The position numbers and the translations under genes were made by a program. From Octopus vulgaris (lineage: Eukaryota): a stretch of DNA of 64,000 nucleotides. The notes under the pieces are model-generated. The model was given only the letters and a program-made list of their open reading frames with translations, was not told where the DNA came from and ran no database searches. Below, in pieces: positions 40,872-56,197 of this stretch. The stretch is taken from NCBI GenBank assembly GCA_951406725.2, contig OX597814.1:17856001-17920000 (forward strand), read 5' to 3'. Positions within the stretch are counted from its first letter, which is position 1, and every line of letters begins with the position of its first letter.

Positions 40872-42885
40872 GTGAGGAACCTTTTTATATTAAACATGTA
40901 TTGGCAATATTTCTGTATTTTAGGTTCGACCAAGAAACAAAGTTTGCTTCTGTAAGTGTGAACAAAACATTGTCGAGTAAATCGACTCATTTGGTATATT
41001 ACAGGTATTTTTATATGATGTGTGTCATGAAAAGGAACAGAGTTTAGATTGTGATTAATTTTAAATCTCATGACGGGATAAAACTACAAGATTTGCCTAC
41101 ACCCATACCTCTACACCTGCCAGAATAAAGCTATGAGAATAAAGCCACGAGTAAATTTTAAGTTTGTTGGTGAATTGGTACAATTGTCAGTCCCTGGGAG
41201 AAAAATGGCTGGCGACATTTTGTTCCAGTTTTTACATTCTGAGTTCAAATCTAGTCAGAGTGAGCTTTGCATTTTGAGATAGATAAAACGAAGTACCAGC
41301 TACATGCTAAGGTCGGTGATGGTAGTGACTAATCCTCTTGCTTCAAAATTACTGGATTCCTGTAGTTCAGTAAAAAAACAAAAAAAAAACAACAGTAAAT
41401 AATTGTTCCAAATTTCGTTACAGTGCTAGTAATTTTGGAGGAGTGAGAGTCAATTACATCAGGTCTAATCCTTGACTGTTGCTTTATTTTATCAACCTCG
41501 ATGGGATGAAAGACAAAGTTGACCTCGGCGGGGTTTGAATTCATGAGTCGGAAGAAATGCCACTAGATAATGATCTTAACAATATCGTGCGACTTCAAAC
41601 TGAGCCACGGTTCACTTTACTTGCTTTTCATCGTCCATAGAGTACCAAACTCGTGCTGGAATAATTTCAGTTATATACAGTACTTACTACTTCTTCTTGG
41701 TCATTTTGGTTAAGTTAGAAAATCAGGAACCTTGCATTACTTTACGTACTGAGCTAAATTTTCTTTCTAGTATAAACTCTGAGCTGTATTCATCCAGGGT
41801 CGATAAGATAGGAAATACTGAATTACGCTTACTTGTTACATATTATATGTACACTAGGGATATTAGATGAAGAATATGTCTGATGTTAGAACTCAAAATT
41901 CAAATCATAGAGAGAGAAAGAAAACAAATATAAAAGTTATATATTTAAGTGTTCAATCAACTCTGCCAACTCACTAAGATTATAGACGTAAGTATTAAGT
42001 ATTTGTGGTGATATGTACAGAGTTTTTAAGAGCAAAATACACTATATTATATGCGGTATTCATGATGATACGTGCTTAACAAATATTACATCCTCAAACT
42101 CCTAAATACGGTCTTGTTTCAGTTCAAATCTACTAAGAGTCGATTAATATTTCATAATTTTGGAGCTTCCAAATGTTATGTGTCAATACAGTATCAATTT
42201 TGTGTCAAACATCCAATTCCAGAAGTTTTCGAAAAATAAGAGTTTCATGCTTTAACACACCCGCACAAATACATACATACATGGACTTCAGTACGTGTTA
42301 TTGTATATTATATATATATGTCTGAATATAAATGTGTACGCAAGCACACAAACACTCTCATACAAATATATATATATACAAAACATAATAAACATAAGTA
42401 CGTATAAAGACATGGCTACTTAAATTTTATGTACTTGCAGATAACTACGGAGCTATATGTATAAATGCCTAAATAATACACACAAAGTTTGATATATAAA
42501 CGGGCGTATATACACACCCATTTGTATTTATAAATGTATGCATGTATGTAGCTTCGGTGTGTTTCGGTTTGGCCAGTAGCATGTATTTGAGTAACACAAA
42601 GACAAACGTATCAAACACCATACAAAATTAATTCTTGATTTATTCAAATTATCCCGCATCAGTCGAGACTAACATCATATGAGAAGGGGAGAAAATCTCG
42701 AAAATAAGCATTTATCCAAAACTGACATGCCATTAAAAAAATAGGACGGGCTTATTGCCAGGGGGATAAGAGAATAAGTGGGGAGTTCTGTTTCTACCTT
42801 GATAGGCGTTCTCAAGTAAGTATGCTCGCGTTTGTGCGCGCACGCGTGAATATGTGTATGTGTAAATCTATGTGTGTGTACACTC

Positions 42886-42920
<35 letters not shown>

Positions 42921-43024
42921 GATATTGTTTCCTTCACATTTTCAAAACAAACATATTTATAGTCCTACATTACTTATTGAGTTATTTTAAAAACGTTTGT
43001 TGGTTTCAGTCATTAAGAAAACAT

Positions 43025-43160
<136 letters not shown>

Positions 43161-43229
43161 TATAGATATATAGATATAGATAGATAGATATAGATAGATA
43201 TAAATATATATATAGATAGATAGATAGAT

Positions 43230-43305
<76 letters not shown>

Positions 43306-43906
43306 TTATCTCTATATATATGCACACACACACACACACACATTCACTCATACAGTCATAAACGAATATAAACATACATGTTAGCTACTGGGTTCTGGAT
43401 ATCATAGGTGCAGAAGTTCCATTAAACACCAGGGGACTATTTTATGAAAGAAATAAGATATGAAAAGAGGGTGGGTAAAAAGAATGCAGGCATAGCTTTA
43501 GGAAGTAGGAAAAAAAATGGAAGGGAGAGATGTCAAGGAGGAAGCAAGGGAATATTAAATGGATGGGGTAGAATACATACACCTCATTCAAGATCTATCC
43601 CTTGCCATCGTCACCCCATTTCCCATGAAATAAGCCTCTTGGTACAGAGCTCTTAGATACGCCGCAGTTGGTCTTAGTTTTATCAGCAAATATACATTTG
43701 CAAACATAGCGATCAGCGCAATGCACGGTGTCACTTCACTCAAAAGAAGACCTCGCAAAAATGCTCACACACATGCTCAACATATCTTATACAAACACTG
43801 ACACACTCTCACACGCACACTCAAACTTTGTACGCATTTACACTCCTACGCATAAGCACACACTTGCACAAAAATCATACATACATACACACTTATATAT
43901 GATATG

Positions 43907-43968
<62 letters not shown>

Positions 43969-44451
43969 GTCCTTTGTTTATATATATATATATATATATA
44001 TATAGTTATGACTTTGCTTTCAAATATTCCTTGTGTGTGAATACAATACGACTTCTGGTTGTGCGTGCTTACATACATCAGTGAAAGTGAATATATATGC
44101 TTATGTGTGTGTGAAACTAAATTTCTGAATGTAACTTACTTGATCGAATACTCCAGCCAGTGACCGGTAAACTTACCTTTCGATTGTCCAACACCGATTT
44201 CGTAGTTCATAGGTATAATTATTTTCAATCTATGTACATTTCCTGTGATTTGGGAGAGAGAGGAATGGTCTCTTATATCAAAGCTAGTATTTGACTGATA
44301 CTCCTCTTTATAGAGCTCGCAGATATGAAAAAGCAAAATTGACCTCGAAAAAATTGAAATGTAAACGAAAAGAGCCGGAAAAAATATCGCACATTATTTT
44401 GTTCGGCTCTCCGATGAGTTTGCTTTTCAACTGTCCTTGATATTTAATAAC

Positions 44452-44655
44452 GGTTTCAAATTTTAATACAAGGCCAGAAATTTTGAGGGAAGCGGTTAAT
44501 TCGATTACATTGACCTCAGCACTCAAGTACTTATTTTATCGTCCCTAAAAGTTAAAGTCGACATCGGCAGAAATTGAACTTAAAACGTAAAGGCGGATGA
44601 AATGCTGCTAAGCAATTTGTCCGGCGCGTTATCGATTCACCTAGCTCGCCGCCTT
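44452..44655 (-). mobile_element. Diverged SINE family C; other decayed copies at about 2742, 15060, 25455, 28490, 36860, 41210, 41405, 44700, 46533, 46948 and 54248
   Basis: Recurrent acaaggccagcaa...tcgattacat.gacc...aaagtcgac...tgaact...agctcgccgcctt motifs. Confidence 0.75.
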
Positions 44656-45967
44656 TCTTCAATATTTAAAAATAATAACGTGGTGCAAATGTTGAAACAA
44701 TTTTAGATGTTAGTCGATTATATCGATCCTAGAACATGAATGGCACTTAATTTTAGTGACCCTTTTCTCACAAACGCCGATGGACATCAGTGTGATTTGA
44801 ACTCACAACTTAAATAACCGGAACATATATCGGAAAGCATTTGACTTAACGCTCTAAACAGTCTGCCAATCCACTACCCTTAATAATTATTAATGATTAT
44901 TATTATTGTCATATCTTTTATTGGCCACAAGGGGTGATAATAATAATGAAGATATTGATATACGAGGGAGTTTAGTTTAACAATAGGCAGCAATAGTAAC
45001 AAAAATTAAGTCCCTTGGTGAGATAGTTAATCCCTGAAGTGCCTGTATTGTATTTGGCATGTACCGACACTTGTCTCGCTGCACATGTACACACTTCTTC
45101 AGTTCTCACGCTCTCCAGAGCATTCGTAAGTCAATACATTTGATCAAATGATGGTTATGGTTGGGTTACATGAAGGAGCTGGGCACAAACAAAGCTTGTA
45201 TGCATATATATGTATGCATTTACACACGCAGACGCACACATACACCCGCGAACGTGAGTGTGGTGTTTGTGTGAATGGAAATGGTTACATATTTATGTGA
45301 GTTTATATGCTGTTGTGTATACGCGATACTCATTTCTTATAAACATAGTTATCTCAGCATGTCTTTGTGAACACAAGTATCTCATTGCATATCAGAATAT
45401 TTGTATATATGTATATTAGGATTAGATCCCCCCCTGTCTTTCTCTCTCTGTACACACACACACACACACAAATTTGTGTATATATATTCATATGGATGTC
45501 ATCGTCTGCGCGCCTTCCTCTATGTTAACGGAATAAAGAGATTGTTTGTTCTAATAAAATATCAATATTTCTGTATACCATTGTGTTATTGATTTTATAA
45601 ACCGTTTCTTAATTAGTCTTCAAGTGTATTTAGAAACCAAATTTAAGTGATATATTTGCATATATCGCTTGAGGGCTTATCTAGTTTCCGTGTCTGTGTG
45701 TTTGCATATACATTAATCTGCTGATCCGCATGTTTTGTAAATATTTCGACACATCTCTCCAACACTTTCTTTCTAGTTAAGTATATTTCAACACACAGGA
45801 TTTTGTACTTAAAACCTCTACTATCAAAACTAATATAGTACATATTATCTCTAAAAAAAAAAAAACTTCCAAGTTTCATCAGACACTCAGATAATATATT
45901 TAATAATATATCATCCGAAATTCCATTTTCCGAAAACATTCCTGCTTTTTTAAAATCATCATCATCA

Positions 45968-46294
45968 TTATTACTTCCGCCTTAGCGAAAGGTGGAGGTA
46001 TTGTTTTCAGTTCGTTTGCTTGTCCGTGGACAAGATATCTCAAGAAAGGTTGGATGAATTCGGATGAAACTTTCATGGATGTTTGGCCTCGTGACTGGCA
46101 CGAACTGATTAGATTTTGGGATCAATCTGATACCGAACAAGGATTCTGAATTATTTTTCTTGTACTTTTACTTAATTTTTGTGAGCTGTCGGTTTCATTT
46201 TTAGTATTCTCGTTTGTGAGAGCAGTCGAGTTTATTTCAGATATTCTCATTTTAAAAATCATCTTGGCGGAGGTTTGCGCTCTCTGAATGGTCT

Positions 46295-46298
<4 letters not shown>
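45968..46298 (+). mobile_element. Helentron-associated non-autonomous element (DINE-1/HINE-like)
   Basis: 5' TTATTACTTCCGCC with nearby inverted GGTGGAGGTA, short GTTT/GCTT repeat, 3' TTGGCGGAGGT followed by a decayed stem-loop GCGCTCTCTGAATG and T-rich end. Confidence 0.7.
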
Positions 46299-46534
<236 letters not shown>

Positions 46535-47515
46535 GGCGGTGAACTGGCCTTAATCGTTACCACGTTTGGAGAGATGCTTTGCGGTATTGAGTTCAAATTC
46601 CGCCGAGGTTGACCATGCCTTTCAACTTTTCGGGGTCGATCAATTAAGTACCAGTCACACACTGGAGTCGATGTAATGGACTAGTTTCCCCGCTCAAAAA
46701 AAAAATAAATAAAATAAATAAATAAATAAATAAGGCCTTGTGCTTCGTGTAGAAAGGTTTATTATTATCATTTGTAGTTGACTAAAATCCCAAACGAAGA
46801 TTAAGAGTCATTATCATTTTTCCTTCTAAAATACATCTCGCTGAAATATTGCTTTCAAACTTTAACACAAGGCCAGCAATTTCAGTGAATCTGGTAAGTC
46901 TATGAAAGGCCAAGTTGTCTTCGGCAGAAACATCTCTGAAACAATGATTTAAAATTTTGGTAACAGGCCAGCAATTTTTCGGGGGAAGAAAAAGTCAACT
47001 ACCTTGACTCCATTGCTCTTCCTTTACTTATTTTATTGACCCTTGGAAGATGAAAGGCAACGTCGACCCCAGCGTCATTTGAACTCAGAGCGTAAAGTCG
47101 GAATAAACGCTCTAAACATTTTGTCCAACGCAGTAATGATTCTGCCAGCTCGCTACCATATTTCCCTGAAATATTAATGTATATTATTAAGACTATTTTG
47201 TCTGTCGTTTCCTTTCAACCACCAACATATAAGGAGATGGAACACTATACAAAAACACCACGTTGTCCCGCCCAATTATAAATCAATGCAAACTCTATGG
47301 ATTCCTTAAACACTTTGATGGATATATAATTTTATACTAATATTATTATGCATTGACTAGTGTTGCTTTCATTTCTATCAATCATCAGTTTATTATTACT
47401 ATGAATACTATTCTTTATAATATAAAGAACATATTTTCTTATATTTATTTTATTTGTGCATCCAAACTAAATTCCCTCCATAGCACCACAATCCTCATCT
47501 TATACACGTACACAC

Positions 47516-47558
<43 letters not shown>

Positions 47559-48348
47559 TACATATATCTGTGTGTGCGTTTTCCTTTTAATTTCATCCTC
47601 TATTCAAACATCACATTTCTTATCTTTTCCATCAGTCCTTATTCTTTCTTTGATTCTTCTTTTTATGTTTTTACCACTCTTCATACATTGTTTTTTTTTT
47701 CTTTTATTTATCTCTATTTCTATATTGTCCCTTGTTGACCTTTACAAACCTTATCACAACACACTTATTTGCCCCATAATTCTTGTTTATGTTCTTAACC
47801 TTTTAGATCTCTCGCACTTCAAGTGAAAAAACAAAACAAAAACACACACAGTCTGTATTTTTTTCCAACACATCTTTGCCAACTTTATATTTTTACCATC
47901 TTTACTCTTCCTTCCTCTACTCTCCTCATTCAATCCATCACTTACTCTCCTCTTTTATACCGTCTGTATCTCCACTTTCCACAGTGAATCCATGTCTTAC
48001 TCTCTTCTCAGAATCTGCTTTTATCTAAGTTTTCCTCTCAATTCATTTCATTACCCTCCTTCATTCTATACACTTATACAACCAGTGCAAACGCTGACCG
48101 AAGCACAAACGCACTTGCTGTCTGGATTTATGAACGAGAGAGAGAGAGAGAGACAATTACTCAGCATATATATTAGGTCGCCATTTCTCTTTTTCCTTGT
48201 TTCAGTCGTAGGGATGCGGCCATGCTGGTGCATCGCTTTGTTTCTTTCTAGTTTAGTTGCTGTTGAAACCTGCTGCTATACTCAACCACTTCGTATAGTT
48301 ACTCTCTTTTGATTTCCTTGCGACTAATATACATTCATACATATACGC

Positions 48349-48420
<72 letters not shown>

Positions 48421-48593
48421 ATGTGTATGTATGTGTGGATATATATATATGTGGATATATATATATATATATGGATATATATATATATATATATATGTAT
48501 GTATATATATATGTATATATGTATGTATATATATATGTATATATGTATGTATATATATATGGATATATATATGTATATATATGTATATATATA

Positions 48594-48661
<68 letters not shown>

Positions 48662-48809
48662 TACACTCTCATATATATATATAAAGAGAGAGAGAGAGAG
48701 AGAAAGAGATGTACATATAGATTCATTTATACGTATATATGGAATCATATATATATATATATATATAGCTATGTATATATATTTGTGTATATATATGTAT
48801 ATATATGCA

Positions 48810-48854
<45 letters not shown>

Positions 48855-49222
48855 AAAGTGTATCCTCTTCTAACGTCTCATTTCATGTAAAATAAAATAA
48901 ACATAAAGAAGTCAAATAAACACATGAATAACACAGGGGAGAAAGAAAATGTCGATTGAATAGGAATGAATGCAGTTTCTGACATTGAATTGTTCACGGT
49001 TCACTGGCTGCATAATACAGGTAAGAGGGGCATCTCCTACTCCACAGTATTTCCCTATTCAGCCGTGTCGTAGGCGTGTAAAGGTAGCAGAAGGCTTTAG
49101 ACAGTTGGCTGAGCTTTTAACAATCATCTGTTGTATGTCAAGAAAAAAAAAAGGGGAGGCGCGATTGCTCATTAACCATCGACTGAACAATATATATGTG
49201 TGTCTGTGCAAACACACACACA

Positions 49223-49372
<150 letters not shown>

Positions 49373-50245
49373 TTCAAACTTTCATACTTGTAAAATCACG
49401 TATGCCTTTATTACGAATGCGTATATTCGAACAAAGCACTGTGTGTATATGTGTGAGTGTGTTGTGCGCGCGTGTGTGGTGTGAGCATGTAAGTATATGA
49501 TTTGTAAAATTATGAATGGGGTGTGAGGTGATGTTTATATATGATTTTGTTTACGAAAAAATGTGTACTCAATACATGATTTAGAGTTCATATTTAGTTC
49601 GATACAACTGATGATGCACATTGCACCCGAGTGCAGTTTTTCGTGTAATTCGTGTAATTAATACACGTACACTTACATACGCACATTTACACACACGCAC
49701 ACAAACACACACAAACATGTGTACATATATACACTCACACAAATACATTTGTAGGGGCAAAAGAAAGAAAGTGTACTCAATAACATGTTATGTACTAAAT
49801 TATTTATTACGTAAATTTAGTTGTACTCATGGTTTGGGGACGCCATTATGAAGAGAAGATTTTTCTGGGCGTATTCAACGGAAGCTTTATCTCCAGGATA
49901 AATCTTTTTGCAGCTTTCCGCAAAGAAGAAAAGGTACTCAATGCTGGTTGTCTCATCTAGATCTAGACCTATACATTGTAATGAACGTCATATATCTGTG
50001 TATCTATGGAAATGCATGAATTCAATAGATTCATACGTATATTTACACACACAAACATACACATGTTCTAGAAACTACAATACATATGATGGGATTATCG
50101 TACGTAAACTTGAAAACACACTGAAACAATTGATTATGGATCTGGCATGCATTCTAAAAAATTGCGTGTATGTAGAAAGTTTATATGTGTGTGTTTTGTG
50201 GTGCGCACACCCATATATATATATATATATAAATATATGTTCCCT

Positions 50246-50299
<54 letters not shown>

Positions 50300-50337
50300 G
50301 TATATATACATACATACATACCATACGTACAGAAAGG

Positions 50338-50378
<41 letters not shown>

Positions 50379-50381
<3 letters not shown>

Positions 50382-50510
50382 CCTTTCTATGGAAGAGCCT
50401 AGGCCCGAAACGTTAAAGACTTTTTCAATTCCCGAGCGTTAAACTAATACATCTGTTTGTTGTCTACACCACCTCCCTTCGTCTTTTACTTTTATGTAAC
50501 TTCTCCCTAT
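50379..50510 (+). mobile_element. Small (TA)n-flanked element with a degenerate hammerhead-like motif at 50383-50418
   Basis: CTTT CTATGGA A GAGC-CTAG-GCCC GAAA C GTT AAAG; core mutated. Confidence 0.55.
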
Positions 50511-50581
50511 ATATATATATATGGGTGTGCGCGCCACACACACACACACACATAAACTTTCTACATACACGTAATTGTGTG

Positions 50582-51545
<964 letters not shown>

Positions 51546-51827
51546 CATATATATATGTATATATGTATACATATATATATATATGTATACATATATATAT
51601 ATATATGTGTAGCTTTTGGTAGATCAACTTAATTGAATATAATTTAATTTAATTAGGCTGGTTTGCCATTAAAAACATCGAAACAATGCATTGTCTAAAG
51701 ATGAATAGGGTAAATGTTTTTTTAAATTTTCCTTTAATTTCTGAATTACTACTACTTGGCGCTTTGAGTCCTGGCTGCTCTTTCTAGTGGGTCGAATGGC
51801 CTATTTGAGGCCGTTCCTCAATTGTTG

Positions 51828-51901
<74 letters not shown>

Positions 51902-52652
51902 GTGTGTGTGTCTGTGTATTAAGAGAGCTTCTTTTCACACAGCCACTCCTGTGCTTGTGAGTGTGTATACACACACACCAACGTGCATACATACCATTTT
52001 AAAGAATATGACCACTCACATATGCTTACCTGCAAAGGTGCTCGGCCATATATGATTCCATATTGTCGTATAGTCATGCCTTTAGAAGTACGAGTTTGTT
52101 TCAGTGTACAGACATGAAAATGGCTATAACCTCATGCCTACATGTGTATGCTATGTAATTTATGCAACATTGACAAGCTATCATACGAGTGAGTTTTTAA
52201 ATTTATGTATTGTAATCTCGTGACACCATGGGAGATTTCCAGAACTTTCATGTGCTTACTCTGCAAAAAACCTTTGCTATTCGCTTAATGCTTTGGTGAA
52301 TGTTTGATAGAAATGTGTAAGTCCATTGAGTAACTACTATAGCATTCTCAGTTAATAACATATTTCTATATATTCATTTTATTTTATACATTTACGCATA
52401 CTTTTATTTACATCTTGAATAGGCTGTCTCCCGTTTGTGAATTAAAACGCATCTACCAGCATCTGTGTGTGTGTGCTTGTGTGTGTGCTTGTGTGTGTGT
52501 GCGTGTGCACTTGAGTGTGTATGTATGTATATATCCGTTTAAAAGTAAATATACAAGGGAATACAATTGTAGGAGGAGATTTAACTCATGTGGAATAATT
52601 AGAAGTTTGAAAATACAGAGTCAGTTAGCTGAGCGTAGATTATTTAAATGTT

Positions 52653-52739
<87 letters not shown>

Positions 52740-53541
52740 ACATATATATATATATATATATGCATATACATTTGTGCATATATATATATATGGGTATGTG
52801 TGTGTATAAATATGCATGTGTTTATATATGTATACATATATATGTATGTTTGTGTGTATATATATATGTAGGTATGGTGATGCAAATAGTCACTCTGTTG
52901 CTTCTGCTAAACAGGAATAAAGATGTATGTGTGTGTGAGTTTGAGTGTGTGTGTGTGTATGCATCAATATATATATATATAAGCTAATAGTGAATTAATG
53001 AAGCAAATGGGATAGTTGCTGAATATATACCTACACACAAAAACCATGTTTGTATTTGTGCGTGTATGTGTTTGCGCGCGTGTTTTGTATGTGTGTATAC
53101 ACACAGAAAGGCGTGTATGTTATGGGCAAGTAATATTCAACAGCTATCCTAGTTGCTTCATTAGTTCACTTTAATTCTATTTACTATTGTCCCAACAGTT
53201 CTACATTTTGACACTTTTGTTGTTGTTTATTCGTTATATTTATTATTCTTAGCTTTGTCGTTGTTATTACTAACGCCCAATATTTATTTTTATTTTCATT
53301 TGTTTATTTTTTTATTTTTATTCCTTCTTAGATTTTCATCTTTTCTGAATCTAACTTTTTTCATAACAATGTTCGTCTTTTTCGTCACATACTGAGAATT
53401 GTATATAAACTCACTCTGTAACACACATACACACACACACACACACACACGCAGAAAAACATACATGCACGAAATATATTAACAGAGAAACGATAAAATA
53501 TATTAACACAGAAGCAATCAAATCTTGCGTATGCAGACATA

Positions 53542-53980
53542 TTGGGTTGTCCGGAAAGTTCGTGCCGATTTTTGAAGGAAAGACAAAGATCAATAAATAC
53601 TTGTGGTTACATTTTTAATCAACCAAATATGAACCATTTTGTTGCACAATGCGTCTCGATCGTTCCTTTAACTTGAAAATACCCTCTTCCCAGAATTGAG
53701 GTGGTTTCATGGCAAAGAATTCATCAAGGTATCTTTTTACATCATCCAAGGAATTGAAATTTTTACCATTAAGACTATTCAGCAGAGACCTGAATAAGTG
53801 GAAATCCGAAGGAGCAATATCTGGGGAATATGGAGGCTGGAGTAACACATCTTAGCTGAGCTGCAGCAATTTTTGTCTGGTACCCAACGTATCAAGTACC
53901 AAAAATGAATTTTCTTATCTTCCATTTTAAAAGGTTACAGAATTAACACAGGTTATATGAACATAAAAATTTGATTTACG
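53542..53980 (-). mobile_element. Internally deleted mariner (DD34D) transposon relic
   Basis: TA|TTGGGTTGTCCGGAAAGTTCGTGCCGATTT terminal repeat; C-terminal QPPYSPDIAPSDFHLFRSL...NGSYLVD*; N-terminal MEDKKIHFWYLIRW (ATG at 53925) joined near 53883 to TRQKLLQL. Second TIR not seen. Confidence 0.9.
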
Positions 53981-55049
53981 TGACAAAGAGTTAAAGTCTA
54001 AAATTCAGTTGGTTTTCTTCTTCTGCAAGTGATGGTTTCTGATGGCACTAAATATAATATAACAGTACGACCATAATGTATAACTTTCTTCCGAAGGCTA
54101 GTGTCAGATACGTTAGACTTATCGTCTTTCTTGCTGCAAGCCAAATTTTTTCCACTAATTAATTATATATGCTGAAATGACTTGAGCTGTGAATTAAAAT
54201 GAAACGGCTGGTTAAAATATATCCTTCTCCTTTTATTGTAAATATTGATTTCAAATTTTAGCACAAGGCCAGCAAGTTCTATGGAAAAGGGTAAGCCGAT
54301 TACATCGACCCCCTCCCTAACCCACCATCAACACCAGTATTCAACAGGTACTTATTTTATCAATCAAGAAAGGATGAGCTGATGAATTGCATTGACGACT
54401 CCGGTGGAATTTGAACTCAGAATGTAAAGACGGACGAAATGCCGCTAAGCAATTTGTTCGGTGGGCTAACGATTCCGCTAGCTCGTCACTTTCGTTGTAA
54501 AATATTGCCCTCAATATATTCTTGCCTTAGCTTCAGCGGAATGTGTTTTAAGTTCAGCTACTAAAGTATAAAAACTGCATGGTTCATTAAGAGATCAAGC
54601 TGATCTCGATAGATACATATATACAGCTACAAGCCATTGAACGCAGACAGAAAATATGTAAGAGAATCCAGAAGTCATGCATACCGTAGTTGCATATACG
54701 TGCATATAAATATGGAAGTATCTCTTCCTCTCTTCCTGTTTTCAATTTAACCATACTAATATACTCCCTATTTCTAGGTCATTTTAAATACAAATCTTGA
54801 CTCAGCAGCACTGTATACAAATTCCCTACTGGGAATTACCAAGTTAAAAAATCTGCTGAATCTCACTTATAAGGTAATCTTACGTTGCTTATAAACTCTA
54901 TATTTGGAAGGACTCATATTAAACTCTGTTGGACTTTTGGATTTTACTCAAAGGATATTGGAATATTGCATATATACCATTATGCCTATAAAACGGATTT
55001 ACAAATTCAATACCCATACATATCTTACACTATTTTCTTTCCTCCACTT

Positions 55050-55230
55050 CACTCTGTATTTTGTATCACATCGAAACTAACTATGACTTAATGTTTCCTC
55101 CCACACCGTCTCCGATGAAGTGATATTATTAATTAATATCCTAGAAACAGCTGTAAGACCTTTTATCTATAAATGCTCTAATATCTATACAGCCTTGGTT
55201 TTCTATCTTATTACGGAAAAAAAATTCTGA
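55050..55230 (+). mobile_element. Small element with a hammerhead-like motif at 55108-55159
   Basis: GTCT CCGATGA AGTGATATT-ATTAATT-AATATCCT A GAAA CAGCTG TA AGAC; inverted homologue at 20313-20490. Confidence 0.7.
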
Positions 55231-55483
55231 TATGGAAGTATATTTATCAGTAGGAATACGAGTACTTGTATGTCACGTATTTGTATGACAATACTTTAAG
55301 AAGTATACAAAGCTATACTTACTATGCCACGTGTGCTTGTACACACGCATCTGTACGCATACATATACATATGCATGCATGTTTACACACACGTCCACCC
55401 TGTTAAAGTTTACATTCATCTTTGAGAAATCGGGTGAGGAAATCAGATAACACACATATTCATATATATACATACATACATAC

Positions 55484-55626
<143 letters not shown>

Positions 55627-56020
55627 ATATACTTACATACATGCACTTACATATACATAAGAAACACATATACGTACTAGTACACCAACAAACAAACACA
55701 CATGCGTATATATTAAATACAGAGATAGTATAAACTGTATCGATTAGGCAGGAACTAACCTCTCAAAGGAGAGGTCCCTGTCTTTGAAATAACTTAACTG
55801 ACTGGTTGGCTAGTTGTTTTAGCGGAAATAGACTATTCACGTCGATTGTCCATTTCACTTGTGGTAACTTCCCAAGAAAAAAAAAAATGAATAGAAGAAC
55901 TAAGAGAAAGCAACAGAAAACGCGAAATTCGTTTCAAGCATTATTTCCGTTCCTGTCATCAAGGAATGATTGCAAAAATCATTCAATTACATATTGTTCT
56001 TGTATATTTTTTGTGTTTGG

Positions 56021-56078
<58 letters not shown>

Positions 56079-56156
56079 GTATTTCCTGTCAGACCATCTG
56101 TGATCAGTAAACTCCTATAAATTATCTCCTTTCTTTAAAGCAACAAATTCATATAA

Positions 56157-56197
<41 letters not shown>

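Noticed and set aside
40110-40955. 281-aa ORF as a complete protein
   Set aside because: The first ~59 codons are the polypyrimidine tract and the last 27 are intron read-through past the donor at 40872; the true coding part is 40288-40871.
51650-51700. GAAA-CAATGCATTG-TC palindrome resembling a hammerhead 3' half
   Set aside because: No recognisable CUGANGA-like core or stem II upstream.
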